From: a virus
Reading direction: 5' to 3' (one strand)
Virus record (IMG/VR): IMGVR_UViG_3300020576_004942
DNA length: 48,623 nt
Shown here: positions 26,075 to 35,333 of the stretch, piece by piece
Layout: each line of letters starts with the position of its first letter
Numbering within the stretch: position 1 is the stretch's first letter
Notes under the pieces: model-generated
What the model was told of the DNA's origin: nothing
Databases searched by the model: none
What the model saw: the letters and a program-made list of their open reading frames with translations, nothing else
Made by a program: the position numbers and the translations under genes

Positions 26075-27310
26075 ATGCCGCTACAAATTTCAACCCTGAC
26101 TGAATTACAGGAACGGCAACGGGTGGTCCCTTATCTATTCTCACCGGCTAACAATGAGATTTACACTCCGGTTGTGTTGGTGCGGAATATGATTGACAAA
26201 TTACCACCCATAGTATGGAGAAACCCAACATTAAAATTTGTTGATCCGACGTGTAAATCTGGTATATTCCTACTGGAAATTGTATTTCGATTATGGGTTG
26301 GTTTAAAGAAATGGGAACCGGATGATAAAAAACGGCTCACTCATATTTTAAAGAATATGGTGTATGGTTACGCCATTTCAAAAACGGCTGCGCTCATTAC
26401 ACGAAAATTATTGTATAATGACTGTAAGCATGAGGGAAACATTTCGGAGAAACTATTTATCGATGAGACAGGAATTAGTATGAAATTTGATGTAATTGTG
26501 GGCAATCCACCGTATCAGAAACAAGTGGGTCCTAAAAAAACTGAGCCGATGTGGCATAAGTTTGTGGAGAAGTCGTTTGATTATCTTAATGCTGGTGGAC
26601 ATCTATGTTTGGTTCATCCTCCTGGCTGGAGGGAAGCGGAGGGGAGATACAAAAAAACCGGAGAGTTAATGTTATCAAAAAACATTAATCATTTGGAAAT
26701 GTATAGTAAAGCAGAAGGCGTAAAAACTTTTAGTGCTAGTATCCCCTACGATTGGTATGTTATTAAAAATGTGGATAACACGGGGAAAACCTCGGTTAAG
26801 TTCCAGGACGGAACATCAAAAGTTTTAGATTTACGAAAGTTGCCGTTTATCCCGAACGGCGCATTTGACCAGATACAATCGCTGTTGGCAAAGCCGGGAG
26901 AGGAACGGGTTGAAATCTTATGGAACTGCGAATATCATACACAGCAACTTGATTGGATGTCTCCGAAAAAGACAACCAAGTTTAAGTATCCAATTGTCTA
27001 TACCATTCATAATGGAGATAAAGTAAATTTGTGGTATAGTTCTGAAAAGAAAGGTCATTTCGGGACTCCAAAAGTCATTTGGAGCAATGGCGGTATAACG
27101 ATGGGAACTATCGTTGACGATACGGGAAAATATGGGCTGTCTCAATTCGCTTATGCGATTATGGATAAAGTAGAAAATCTTGAAAATATCAAGAAAGCGA
27201 TGACTTCGGACAAATTCAAAAAAATGATTACTGAATCAACTAACGACGCTTCTATCAATCGTCGGGTGTTAGCATTGTTCCGAAAAGATTTCTGGAAAGA
27301 GTTTGTATGA
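26075..27310 (+). CDS. gamma-class N6-adenine DNA methyltransferase (TaqI/Eco57I-like)
   Basis: Motif X is TPVVLVRNMI, motif I is VDPTCKSGIFLLE, and motif IV is DVIVGNPPY. Confidence 0.65.
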   Translation: MPLQISTLTELQERQRVVPYLFSPANNEIYTPVVLVRNMIDKLPPIVWRNPTLKFVDPTCKSGIFLLEIVFRLWVGLKKWEPDDKKRLTHILKNMVYGYAISKTAALITRKLLYNDCKHEGNISEKLFIDETGISMKFDVIVGNPPYQKQVGPKKTEPMWHKFVEKSFDYLNAGGHLCLVHPPGWREAEGRYKKTGELMLSKNINHLEMYSKAEGVKTFSASIPYDWYVIKNVDNTGKTSVKFQDGTSKVLDLRKLPFIPNGAFDQIQSLLAKPGEERVEILWNCEYHTQQLDWMSPKKTTKFKYPIVYTIHNGDKVNLWYSSEKKGHFGTPKVIWSNGGITMGTIVDDTGKYGLSQFAYAIMDKVENLENIKKAMTSDKFKKMITESTNDASINRRVLALFRKDFWKEFV

Positions 27311-27783
27311 TCGTAGTCTCAATTATAATATCTATATTATCCCTGATAGTATCTCTAACATCCCTATGTATAGGATTATACAACAGATTAACGATCTCTA
27401 ATAATTTAAAAATAAAATCATATTTATCTCAAATAAAAACTCATTTTTGTGAAATTGATAATATAAACTATGGTAGGATTGTAATGAAAGATTGCCATTG
27501 CGATTCTCTTAAAGATTTTGACAGACTGCGTTGCGTCGGTTCACAAATTTATTCGGAATCATCTAAAGAAGTGCGAGCATACCTAGACGATCTAACATCA
27601 GAATTAAATGATTTTTGTAATAAAATGAGAAATACCACAGGGGCATTCCAATGGGATTGTAGCAAAATTAAAAAACTCGTCTGTGATATAGAAAAAGAAA
27701 TTTTAATGGAAGATGAAATATCCGATGGTATCCGTTCCGGAATAAAAAAACTCATTAAAAATCTTTACTATGACGGAAAATAA
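27307..27783 (+). CDS. N-terminally anchored membrane protein, Cys-rich, in AT-rich island
   Basis: TM helix IVVSIIISILSLIVSLTSLCIGL. Local GC is visibly lower than the flanks. Confidence 0.45.
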   Translation: MIVVSIIISILSLIVSLTSLCIGLYNRLTISNNLKIKSYLSQIKTHFCEIDNINYGRIVMKDCHCDSLKDFDRLRCVGSQIYSESSKEVRAYLDDLTSELNDFCNKMRNTTGAFQWDCSKIKKLVCDIEKEILMEDEISDGIRSGIKKLIKNLYYDGK

Positions 27784-28294
27784 ACGGAAACACACCCCCG
27801 AAAAGATCAAGCAGAACGGTGAGGTATTCACACCAGAACCTCTAGTCAATCAAATGCTCGATAAACTCCCGCAAGGAGAGCTATTAGATCCTCTGAAAAT
27901 AATCGGTGATATAAGTGGTTGCGGTAATGGCAATTTCCTATTCAACATTTTGGAACGGAGAATAGCTGCTGGTATTTCGCATAAAAATGCTCTCCAGACA
28001 TTATATGGCGTGGACATAGACGAAACCAATGTCTTTGAGTGTAAACAACGCCTTGCGTTAGGTAGTCGGGATACGAATATCTGGAAAATACTAGATCGCA
28101 ACATCATTTGTGCGGATGCGCTGAACAAGAGTCATCCCGGTTGGAGAAAAGTTGGTTATATGTGGGACCCGTTGGGTAATCCCGCAGAACATTTCAAACT
28201 CGAAAATATAAAAGACCTGCCATTTGTCAAACGCTCCAGACCGAAGAAAAAGCCGGTGGTGGTTGAAGACTCTCCATTTTCAACAAAAGCTTGA
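27770..28294 (+). CDS. truncated/degenerate N6-adenine methyltransferase-like protein (motifs X, I, II only; no NPPY)
   Basis: GEVFTPEPLVNQMLDKL, IGDISGCGNGNFL and LYGVDIDE, with no catalytic NPPY. Confidence 0.5.
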   Translation: MTENKRKHTPEKIKQNGEVFTPEPLVNQMLDKLPQGELLDPLKIIGDISGCGNGNFLFNILERRIAAGISHKNALQTLYGVDIDETNVFECKQRLALGSRDTNIWKILDRNIICADALNKSHPGWRKVGYMWDPLGNPAEHFKLENIKDLPFVKRSRPKKKPVVVEDSPFSTKA

Positions 28295-28319
28295 CATTTT
28301 ATAAAAGTGTGAGATAATG
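28291..28319 (+). promoter_or_regulatory. sigma70-like promoter (TTGACATTTTATAAAAGT core)
   Basis: TTGACA (28291-96), 16 nt, GATAAT (28313-18). ATG at 28328. Confidence 0.5.
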
Positions 28320-28327
28320 TCCCTGTT

Positions 28328-28654
28328 ATGACACTTAAAGCCGCACTGGCTAAACAAAAACAGGCCGGGGTCGATTCCGTGGTAATCAAACGGAAAAACA
28401 AATTTTATTACTCCGAAATCAATCACGGCAGCGAATATACAGCTATTTTAGTTGCTCGGGCCCTGGGTGGAGAAGTCGTTTGTCGCTATGTTGACAAGAA
28501 ACATTCTTACCAACCAGCTTCCGCTCCAGGGTATGATGATCCCGATAACTATTTCTGTTGGCACAAAATACCGTATGGTAATGGCAAGTGTTGTACGGCT
28601 TGTGGTGGCTTGATTAAAACTGAACAATCTGTCCGTATTGAAACCAAAAAATGA
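28328..28654 (+). CDS. hypothetical protein with C-terminal CxxC..CxxC
   Basis: 108 aa. Confidence 0.45.
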   Translation: MTLKAALAKQKQAGVDSVVIKRKNKFYYSEINHGSEYTAILVARALGGEVVCRYVDKKHSYQPASAPGYDDPDNYFCWHKIPYGNGKCCTACGGLIKTEQSVRIETKK

Positions 28655-28959
28655 AAATTCCCCAGTGTATTATTGATAATTTGGATTATTACGCCAATAA
28701 GGAAAATCCCTGGCGCATCAAATGGCGTGGTAAATTTCTGACGGTCCAGAGTAAAAAGTCTGCGTGGAAAACGGAGGCTGCGGCCCGGAGCGCATTGCGC
28801 AATCATCTGAATTATGGAAGTAATCCCTATTTTCTGGCCTTGGAAAATGGATTGGATAGAAATTATTGTCAGTTGGATGGTTACACCAAAATTTTCGTTG
28901 CCAACCTTATAAAAGAGTTCGAAGCTGCCGGCGACATTCAATTTGTGGAGGAAAAATGA
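28651..28959 (+). CDS. hypothetical protein
   Basis: 102 aa. Confidence 0.45.
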   Translation: MKIPQCIIDNLDYYANKENPWRIKWRGKFLTVQSKKSAWKTEAAARSALRNHLNYGSNPYFLALENGLDRNYCQLDGYTKIFVANLIKEFEAAGDIQFVEEK

Positions 28960-29381
28960 ATTATAAATTTTTAGCCTGGTGTGTTTTTTGGTTTGGGGTG
29001 TGTCTGACCTACACCATCCTTTCTTTTGGTCAATTTTGGACCTGTCTTTTTTACTTATTCACCACCATCATCCAAGCCTTCGGAATATATGTGGCTATTT
29101 ACTGGGATTGGAAACCGGCCGCCAAAAAGGTTAAACGGATCAAGGAATCAGCGATTATGTTTGAAGGCAAAATGTACACGGGTAAACGCCATCATAATTG
29201 TATTGCGACCATCGTTAAAGAGACAGGTAAACGTGTCGGCGCGAAATGGCCGCAGGGGTTTGTCACGGAAGATGGTGAATTTGTAGATCGGGTGAAAGGC
29301 GGCAAGATAGCGTTGGCAGCGGGACAGATTAAAGAGTTGAAATACCACCGGCGGGAAATGTTTAGTGAAGATTTGTATTAA
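28956..29381 (+). CDS. membrane-anchored hypothetical protein
   Basis: ATG at 28956 (MNYKFLAWCVFWFGV..) overlaps the upstream stop. Two TM helices follow. Confidence 0.45.
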   Translation: MNYKFLAWCVFWFGVCLTYTILSFGQFWTCLFYLFTTIIQAFGIYVAIYWDWKPAAKKVKRIKESAIMFEGKMYTGKRHHNCIATIVKETGKRVGAKWPQGFVTEDGEFVDRVKGGKIALAAGQIKELKYHRREMFSEDLY

Positions 29382-29383
29382 AA

Positions 29384-29677
29384 ATGAAACTATATCAATT
29401 ACCAGATAAAAAGTACATCGCCTTAGACGCATTAATTCATCTGGGTGACCCTTTTTTTAATGAAAACAGCGGTTACTATGAAAATATGACTTGTGAGGCC
29501 ACTTTCGCATTGATCGAAAAACCAATAACAATTTGTTTAGCCGTCAGACCAGAGAATCTATTATTCAAGCCATTATCCAATAAAATAAAAAAAGCAAATC
29601 TTGCTACATTTAAGCGTGGTAATAAAGAATTGGCTAAACTGATACAAGCTTGGAGAGAAACCCAATTTAAACAATGA
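29384..29677 (+). CDS. hypothetical protein
   Basis: 97 aa. Confidence 0.4.
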   Translation: MKLYQLPDKKYIALDALIHLGDPFFNENSGYYENMTCEATFALIEKPITICLAVRPENLLFKPLSNKIKKANLATFKRGNKELAKLIQAWRETQFKQ

Positions 29678-29789
29678 AAACTCATTCGGATAAGAAATTA
29701 TTCGTGTCTATTGGGCCGAGTGAGATTTACTCCAATCTGGCTCTGTTGATATTTTACACGCCCTATTGGCGTTAAACAAACTGCGGCAA

Positions 29790-29960
29790 ATGAACCACCT
29801 TGATTTTAAAGGCGCCTCCCATCTGCGCATGGAACGTTACGCCAAGCAGGCATATCGGGACACCAAACTCCCCGGGCTAGTTCGTGCGTTCCTACGGGAT
29901 TGTATTGAAAACGAATTCAAAATTGATGTTGACCCACGGCGGAAATATTGTAATTTATGA
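29790..29960 (+). CDS. hypothetical small protein
   Basis: First ATG in the track ORF (29766 is TTG). Confidence 0.3.
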   Translation: MNHLDFKGASHLRMERYAKQAYRDTKLPGLVRAFLRDCIENEFKIDVDPRRKYCNL

Positions 29961-30292
29961 AAAAATTGAAATGTTGGATAGCTCAAGGTACGGGTTTGTT
30001 TTTTGACATTATATCGGATGCCGATGTCGTTGTGCTTCCGTTCCTTTTCGTGGCGTTGACATTTAGTGTTGGCTATTTCCTTTATAAAGAAACATTTGGA
30101 AAAGCTGCGATTGAAGCTGCGATTGAAGCTACCCGGCCTAAAAATTTGGTGTCAATCGAAGAAACCGGTAACCAATACGAAATAGTGGTGGTCGATCACT
30201 GCCAATACATAAAAAATTTCACCACCCACGGTTGGTATATTCTTGCTCATAAAGGAAATTGTACTAACTCCATTCACATCTACAACAAGTAA
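29957..30292 (+). CDS. small membrane protein
   Basis: 111 aa with TM helix VVLPFLFVALTFSVGYFLY. Confidence 0.4.
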   Translation: MKKLKCWIAQGTGLFFDIISDADVVVLPFLFVALTFSVGYFLYKETFGKAAIEAAIEATRPKNLVSIEETGNQYEIVVVDHCQYIKNFTTHGWYILAHKGNCTNSIHIYNK

Positions 30293-30295
30293 TTT

Positions 30296-30535
30296 ATGAA
30301 AATAAAGTATGGTAAAGGTACAACAAAGTATGGTCCAGGCATTGATATTGAATTGGATGGTGATGAAGTCGCAATCGCAATTGACGCATATCTGGTCTCC
30401 CACCGGGTTTACATTAATGGCCCACGAACAATAAGAGTAAACGGCGAATTATGTCAGCTGGGTGAAGTTTATATTGACCCATCGGGTTTCGTCATCACTC
30501 CGGCTGGAAAAAAAATGGATGGTGGAATTATATGA
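30296..30535 (+). CDS. hypothetical protein
   Basis: 79 aa. Confidence 0.4.
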   Translation: MKIKYGKGTTKYGPGIDIELDGDEVAIAIDAYLVSHRVYINGPRTIRVNGELCQLGEVYIDPSGFVITPAGKKMDGGII

Positions 30536-30702
30536 AAATCCCAAATGTAGTTATTTTAGCCGTCCGCCAATATCTCAACCAAAAACAAGATGAGTTGGAA
30601 TCGTACATTGGACCGTATGGTATTCCCAACGCAGAAGAATCCTCTGCGATGAAAAAAGAAATTGCGGAATTGGAGCAATTTTTAGAAGCTAATGATTCAT
30701 AA
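30532..30702 (+). CDS. possible small protein (56 aa)
   Basis: ATGA-coupled and read by eye. It is below the track cutoff. Confidence 0.3.
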   Translation: MKIPNVVILAVRQYLNQKQDELESYIGPYGIPNAEESSAMKKEIAELEQFLEANDS

Positions 30703-30719
30703 TCAGCGTCTGAAATTAT

Positions 30720-30899
30720 ATGAAAAAACCAAAACAGAAAATTGCCAAGACGAATCAATCGATTTGCCCTGTCTGTGGGGAGTTGGTTGGTATAAAGGCA
30801 AATGGCCTGTATTATTGTATGGCTGGATACCCGAAAGGTAGTGCGTTATCGTGGGGTTGTGGTTGGTCGGGATTGTCAGCTGAATTGAAATACTTATGA
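30720..30899 (+). CDS. small zinc-ribbon protein (59 aa)
   Basis: CPVCG...C..G...WGCGW, read by eye. Confidence 0.3.
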   Translation: MKKPKQKIAKTNQSICPVCGELVGIKANGLYYCMAGYPKGSALSWGCGWSGLSAELKYL

Positions 30900-31183
30900 A
30901 ATTTGAAAAGACCTGTACCGTATCTTGTTGTAAGTTCTCCCATTCCGCACCCAATTCATATCAAGTATTAAAAAAACTAATGGGTCACATTAGACGTAAA
31001 CATCCTGATATTGTTAAATACTTAAATGAACGTGGGCGTGGGTTGGCAACCCGGAATAATGGTTATGGTTATTACGACGACATAAAATCCAATAATAGTG
31101 GCTGGCATAGGGCCGGCCCATCATACAGAGAAACCTGGCGAATGAACGCATTGAGGGAAATGGTGGAAGGTCGATATTCCTGA
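30896..31183 (+). CDS. Cys/His-rich small protein with C2H2-like spacing
   Basis: CTVSCCKF...LMGHIRRKH. Confidence 0.4.
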   Translation: MKFEKTCTVSCCKFSHSAPNSYQVLKKLMGHIRRKHPDIVKYLNERGRGLATRNNGYGYYDDIKSNNSGWHRAGPSYRETWRMNALREMVEGRYS

Positions 31184-31211
31184 TTGACATTTTATAAAAG
31201 TCGTGTACAAT
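31184..31211 (+). promoter_or_regulatory. sigma70-like promoter (TTGACATTTTATAAAAGT core)
   Basis: TTGACA (31184-89), 16 nt, TACAAT (31206-11). Confidence 0.5.
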
Positions 31212-31228
31212 ATAATCATACTTAAAAT

Positions 31229-31435
31229 ATGATTATAACCTTATACGTCAACCATCACGTTCTTGATGATTTGGATCGTGGCGCTGCCGCATCCGCTAGA
31301 CTCATAAAATACCCCGAACTGGACGAAGACGTTGCCGTATTGATTAATACCAAAAAATGGAAAGTCCGATTTGTTCCAGTGTGTACCAAGGAAAACCCCA
31401 CCAAGTGGGAGTCCGCAATAATTTACAAATACTGA
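31229..31435 (+). CDS. hypothetical protein
   Basis: 68 aa. Confidence 0.4.
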   Translation: MIITLYVNHHVLDDLDRGAAASARLIKYPELDEDVAVLINTKKWKVRFVPVCTKENPTKWESAIIYKY

Positions 31436-31436
31436 T

Positions 31437-31727
31437 ATGAGCCCCCGAGAACAATTACAGGAAGAGGTATATTACTGGCTTGAATCCCGGAGTCAGAGTA
31501 AGTTTACCGCACCTTATGGAATCATTTCCAGCCTTGACAACATCAAAAATGGCAAGGGCAAAGTGCGGACAATCACCTTCGGCATCGCTCGGTCGTTGGA
31601 TGCGACGATTTTTATCTATTCGTTGAAGGACATTCGTCTCACTGCGGCCGGACCCTTATCCTATAAATTGGATGGGGTGAGCTGTAAGAGCAAGGAAGAG
31701 TTGCTGGGGATTTTGGAAAATTTATGA
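31437..31727 (+). CDS. hypothetical protein
   Basis: 96 aa. Confidence 0.4.
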   Translation: MSPREQLQEEVYYWLESRSQSKFTAPYGIISSLDNIKNGKGKVRTITFGIARSLDATIFIYSLKDIRLTAAGPLSYKLDGVSCKSKEELLGILENL

Positions 31728-31999
31728 ACACGATTAATAACGCAATTGATTATGTCAATCGGCACGGATTGGATGCCAGTCGTTGCCATTTAATCATCGG
31801 CACACTCACTGATGGCCGGCGTGTGTATTTCACCGATAAGCCCGGCGCCGTGCGTTGGATAGTTGATCGTGATTTTGAAAGAGACGGCGGTATATTTTCA
31901 AATTTTACTCTAGCGCAGGTCGCTTTGGCGCAATACCGTGTCCTGTATAAGGATTGTGATGCGAACATTGACGATATTAGGATTGACCCATTGTTATGA
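31724..31999 (+). CDS. hypothetical protein
   Basis: 91 aa. Confidence 0.4.
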   Translation: MNTINNAIDYVNRHGLDASRCHLIIGTLTDGRRVYFTDKPGAVRWIVDRDFERDGGIFSNFTLAQVALAQYRVLYKDCDANIDDIRIDPLL

Positions 32000-32145
32000 A
32001 AAAGTACAAAGTAATTGCGTGGATGGTGTTAATCATCAGCACGTTCACTATCGTCCCGTTAATCGTGTTGCTTATTGAAGCAATGCGAATGGAACATTTC
32101 GACGAATCCATTCTGGGATCGGTGGTTCACGGAATTAAATATTAA
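31996..32145 (+). CDS. possible 49-aa membrane peptide
   Basis: ATGA-coupled, with a hydrophobic core, read by eye. Confidence 0.3.
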   Translation: MKKYKVIAWMVLIISTFTIVPLIVLLIEAMRMEHFDESILGSVVHGIKY

Positions 32146-32146
32146 T

Positions 32147-32317
32147 ATGAAAGTTAAAGTAAAAAGAAGCAAGGTGAAAAAGATCAATTCTCCCTATACT
32201 CAGGCGGAATTAAACCGAATACTCTGGCAGGCCGATGCTTCCTGTATCCACGAATTGGATGAGAATTGTTGGAGTGGAATTAGATGTAAAAAATGTAATG
32301 GTTGGTTTTGCTATTGA
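32147..32317 (+). CDS. small basic Cys-rich protein
   Basis: ATG at 32147, same frame as track ORF 32075..32317, with a C-terminal CxxC. Confidence 0.35.
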   Translation: MKVKVKRSKVKKINSPYTQAELNRILWQADASCIHELDENCWSGIRCKKCNGWFCY

Positions 32318-32318
32318 T

Positions 32319-32537
32319 ATGAAATATAAACTTAGATCCCGAACGGTTACGGCTGTCCAGTGGAAGGGTTGGCCCCACAAGATTAAACATATTAAGGAAC
32401 ACGCCGTTTATCCCCAACTTGCGATGGGTCCTTTTGGGCAGGAAGTATATGAAGGTGATTGGATAGTCAACGATCACGGTGAAATCGTAGTGATGAATGA
32501 TGGAGAATTTAACGACCTTTACGAAAAAATCAAATGA
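32319..32537 (+). CDS. hypothetical protein
   Basis: First ATG (MKYKLRS) of track ORF 32235..32537. Confidence 0.4.
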   Translation: MKYKLRSRTVTAVQWKGWPHKIKHIKEHAVYPQLAMGPFGQEVYEGDWIVNDHGEIVVMNDGEFNDLYEKIK

Positions 32538-32842
32538 AAACTAAACCACTATCTCCCGCCGAAGTCGAAACGCTCGGACCGGATATTCCAGATGTAGTTA
32601 TTGCGGTGGTCAACGAATTGCTCAGGAGAAAATATCGGAGCAAGGGCGCAACGATTATATTACAGAGTGAAATCTTGAATGAAATTCGTAAGCGTGAATC
32701 AAAGATAGACATCAAGAATTTACTGGAACAAAACGGATTGGATTTTGAACCGCTATTTCAAAAAGAGGGTTGGGTTGTCATTTATGATAAACCTGGTTAC
32801 GGTGAGGATTACGAACCGCGTTTTAGCTTTAACAAAAAATGA
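32534..32842 (+). CDS. hypothetical protein
   Basis: 102 aa. Confidence 0.4.
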   Translation: MKTKPLSPAEVETLGPDIPDVVIAVVNELLRRKYRSKGATIILQSEILNEIRKRESKIDIKNLLEQNGLDFEPLFQKEGWVVIYDKPGYGEDYEPRFSFNKK

Positions 32843-33162
32843 AAAATTTTAAACAAGCCACTGAGGATGTTGCTCAGATGAAAGAAGTCATCAGCCAACT
32901 GGAACACGATGCGCATTTGACAACGATGATTTACCACTACGGTAAAGCTGCGTTTGATCGTGGCCATACTTGGAAAGAAGTCAAAAAGGTCAAACGCCAC
33001 GAATTCAACCACTATTGGGTCCGTCGACGATATGATCGATACAACTGGAACTGGCCCGCCGTATTGTGTGAGTGGACAAAAAACGGTTGGGTAAACTTGG
33101 GCCACGGACACCTGGATCCAGCCATTGCCACCCAAGCAACCGTTGAAGTGTGGACACATTAA
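32839..33162 (+). CDS. hypothetical protein
   Basis: 107 aa. Confidence 0.4.
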   Translation: MKNFKQATEDVAQMKEVISQLEHDAHLTTMIYHYGKAAFDRGHTWKEVKKVKRHEFNHYWVRRRYDRYNWNWPAVLCEWTKNGWVNLGHGHLDPAIATQATVEVWTH

Positions 33163-33165
33163 ATT

Positions 33166-33339
33166 ATGGAACCATTTATTAAAAATCCAAAATTTCAAAA
33201 GATGGGCGGCACCAAAGCTGCTTATCAAGATATGCTTAAGAAAGACAAGAAGGCTTGGGCCGAGCGTAAACGAGCGACCCGGCGGACGAAACGCCGTATT
33301 GACAAACGAAACCTACCGAAGAGCCTTGACGAAATATAA
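33166..33339 (+). CDS. possible small basic protein (57 aa)
   Basis: Read by eye. Its 3' end contains the next promoter's -35. Confidence 0.3.
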   Translation: MEPFIKNPKFQKMGGTKAAYQDMLKKDKKAWAERKRATRRTKRRIDKRNLPKSLDEI

Positions 33340-33354
33340 ATTGTCGTGTACAAT
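33326..33354 (+). promoter_or_regulatory. sigma70-like promoter
   Basis: TTGACG (33326-31), 17 nt, TACAAT (33349-54). ATG at 33361. Confidence 0.45.
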
Positions 33355-33360
33355 TCTCTT

Positions 33361-33567
33361 ATGATGAATAGAGATGAATATCGCCAGTTGATTAAAACCA
33401 CCTTTGTTGGTAAAGGTTGGGAATATTATTGGCAGCATATCAATTTTCCGGAATTGGTTAAGAGTGTAGCGGTTGAGTGTTTTTATTATAATGATCTGAC
33501 ATCGCCTCTGGCCGTGGAAACTCACCGGCGCATTAAACAATTAAGAGACATTGGCGAAACTGACTGA
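33361..33567 (+). CDS. hypothetical protein
   Basis: The track start 33346 is a GTG inside the -10. The ATG at 33361 is preferred. Confidence 0.4.
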   Translation: MMNRDEYRQLIKTTFVGKGWEYYWQHINFPELVKSVAVECFYYNDLTSPLAVETHRRIKQLRDIGETD

Positions 33568-33570
33568 AAT

Positions 33571-34014
33571 ATGAGTAAGATTATCAATTTTTTAAAAGGT
33601 CTGGATACCGACACCAAAGGGCGAAAGTTGGAGCAAATTATCGCCTGGTCCGATGCGGAGCTGGAAGAAAGCCACGATACGATTCAATGGCTTTTCCCTC
33701 TGAATGCGAGTAGTGCGTATAACATTGCTGCGCCGGTTTTGACGGACGCCGATATTGTGATTATGAAAACCGACGTTGCGGTCCAAGCAGGTATCTTGAA
33801 AGCATATGACCGATTCACCAAATTTTACAACAATCCTCAGTGGCTTACTCCACACAATCACAACTATTTGCGATTGACACGGATTCTTAAATGCCTTGGT
33901 CTGGCTGGTTTGGAAAAGGAAAAAGCCGTTCTGAAAAAGGTCTTGAACACTATCTATCAAAAATATGGTCCGGTCATTGGCCCGGTAACCAAGCGGTTTT
34001 GGGAGGAAGCCTAA
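33571..34014 (+). CDS. hypothetical protein
   Basis: 147 aa. Confidence 0.45.
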   Translation: MSKIINFLKGLDTDTKGRKLEQIIAWSDAELEESHDTIQWLFPLNASSAYNIAAPVLTDADIVIMKTDVAVQAGILKAYDRFTKFYNNPQWLTPHNHNYLRLTRILKCLGLAGLEKEKAVLKKVLNTIYQKYGPVIGPVTKRFWEEA

Positions 34015-34017
34015 TCT

Positions 34018-34293
34018 ATGAAACTAACACCCTCTGTAAATAAAACCGCAAAAGGCAGTTGGAATAATTTTAACTCTGATATATTTGATCAATTTGTAAA
34101 AGATTTTAAACCGGATTTTGTAGATATTGCCGATGATTTGAGTTGGTATAACTGCGAAGATACTGCGGTATTTACCATGCCTTTTGAAATAGATTGGGGT
34201 GTGGTCAACGCATTTAATGATTTGATTGCCGATGAGTTTGATTTTATCAACCTTGGCGAAAATAAGGCTCTTATCCGTTTGTGGTGGGACTAA
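34018..34293 (+). CDS. hypothetical acidic protein
   Basis: 91 aa. Confidence 0.4.
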   Translation: MKLTPSVNKTAKGSWNNFNSDIFDQFVKDFKPDFVDIADDLSWYNCEDTAVFTMPFEIDWGVVNAFNDLIADEFDFINLGENKALIRLWWD

Positions 34294-34296
34294 TCT

Positions 34297-34674
34297 ATGA
34301 AACTATTCATTCCCGCAATTGGGACAAAAATAAAACTAACTCTGGATTGGACTTTTACCGTTCATCCGGAATATCGCAATCACGATTTATATGAGTTAGC
34401 CGCCCAAAAAGAAATCGATGATTACTTATGGGACGGAAGTTCCCACCCCGCGATCCAGTTTACCATTCCCGCCGGCGTCACGTTATCCGTGGATCGGATT
34501 TATATCAAAAAACCTTCTCCCGACTACAATTCTGTCACTTTTCGGATTCCAAAAAAATGTTTAGGTAATCCGCCTCATATGAAATGTTTGGGTAATCCGC
34601 CCCATTTGACGGGACTACGCTTTTGGGTCAAGTTGGATGATGCGAATAAAATCGAAGGTGATATTATACCTTGA
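34297..34674 (+). CDS. hypothetical protein containing 9-codon in-frame tandem duplication
   Basis: 125 aa with the repeat KCLGNPPHM / KCLGNPPHL. Confidence 0.4.
   Translation: MKLFIPAIGTKIKLTLDWTFTVHPEYRNHDLYELAAQKEIDDYLWDGSSHPAIQFTIPAGVTLSVDRIYIKKPSPDYNSVTFRIPKKCLGNPPHMKCLGNPPHLTGLRFWVKLDDANKIEGDIIP
34555..34608 (+). repeat. 27-bp imperfect tandem duplication, in frame
   Basis: AAATGTTTAGGTAATCCGCCTCATATG followed by AAATGTTTGGGTAATCCGCCCCATTTG. Confidence 0.8.
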
Positions 34675-34706
34675 CTTATTCTAAATCCTCTGATACCATT
34701 CATCCT

Positions 34707-35321
34707 ATGAAAATGCGCATTGGCTTTGTCAGTAATTCAAGTTCTTCCAGTTTTTTGATCGGGTTGAAAAATAAACCCAAGACTAAAACTGAACTACGCA
34801 CCCTTATGTTTGGGGACATGGATGGTGAAGTCAGCATTTACGATTTGGAAATGTCTATTCCCGAAGTCGTTGAGCGTGTCTTTTCCGATTTACGGGACGT
34901 GAAACCCCTCACCGAAGCTGAAGTTTTAAAGGAAATCAGCAATTCCTATTTTCCGGGTTATCCCGAAGACAAATTCTCAGGCAACGCCTCCCAAGATTTG
35001 GAGAAGGAATTTATCAATCTTTTCAATGCCTCCCTAAAACCTGGGCAGAAACCCATCAATTCATTTTGCGATGACGCTGCGAAAACGCATCCGGAGTATG
35101 AGGAATTTTCACGGAAGCGTCAGGCTTTATTTCAAGTTGAATACGAACAGCGAGAAATTGAAATTCAGCTGGCTGCGAGAAAACACTTTGAGTCATTAAA
35201 GAAACAATTCGAAGGCCTTGAAGTTTATGCGTTGGAATATTCCGACAACAACGGCGAAAGCGTATTGGAACACGGCGGGATTTTCGAAGCCTTGCCCCAC
35301 GCCGTCCTCTCTCACCATTAA
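34707..35321 (+). CDS. N-terminal-tag family protein 1 (MKMRIGFVSNSSSSSF + unique acidic C-terminal domain)
   Basis: ATG at 34707 inside track ORF 34671..35321. It carries the conserved 16-aa N-terminal tag. Confidence 0.5.
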   Translation: MKMRIGFVSNSSSSSFLIGLKNKPKTKTELRTLMFGDMDGEVSIYDLEMSIPEVVERVFSDLRDVKPLTEAEVLKEISNSYFPGYPEDKFSGNASQDLEKEFINLFNASLKPGQKPINSFCDDAAKTHPEYEEFSRKRQALFQVEYEQREIEIQLAARKHFESLKKQFEGLEVYALEYSDNNGESVLEHGGIFEALPHAVLSHH

Positions 35322-35333
35322 AAGGAAAATAAT

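Noticed and set aside
23866-27310. Calling the helicase and methyltransferase pair a Type III restriction-modification system
   Set aside because: The Res-like protein shows no recognisable PD-(D/E)xK nuclease motif and the gene order is reversed. I kept the conservative helicase plus methyltransferase description.
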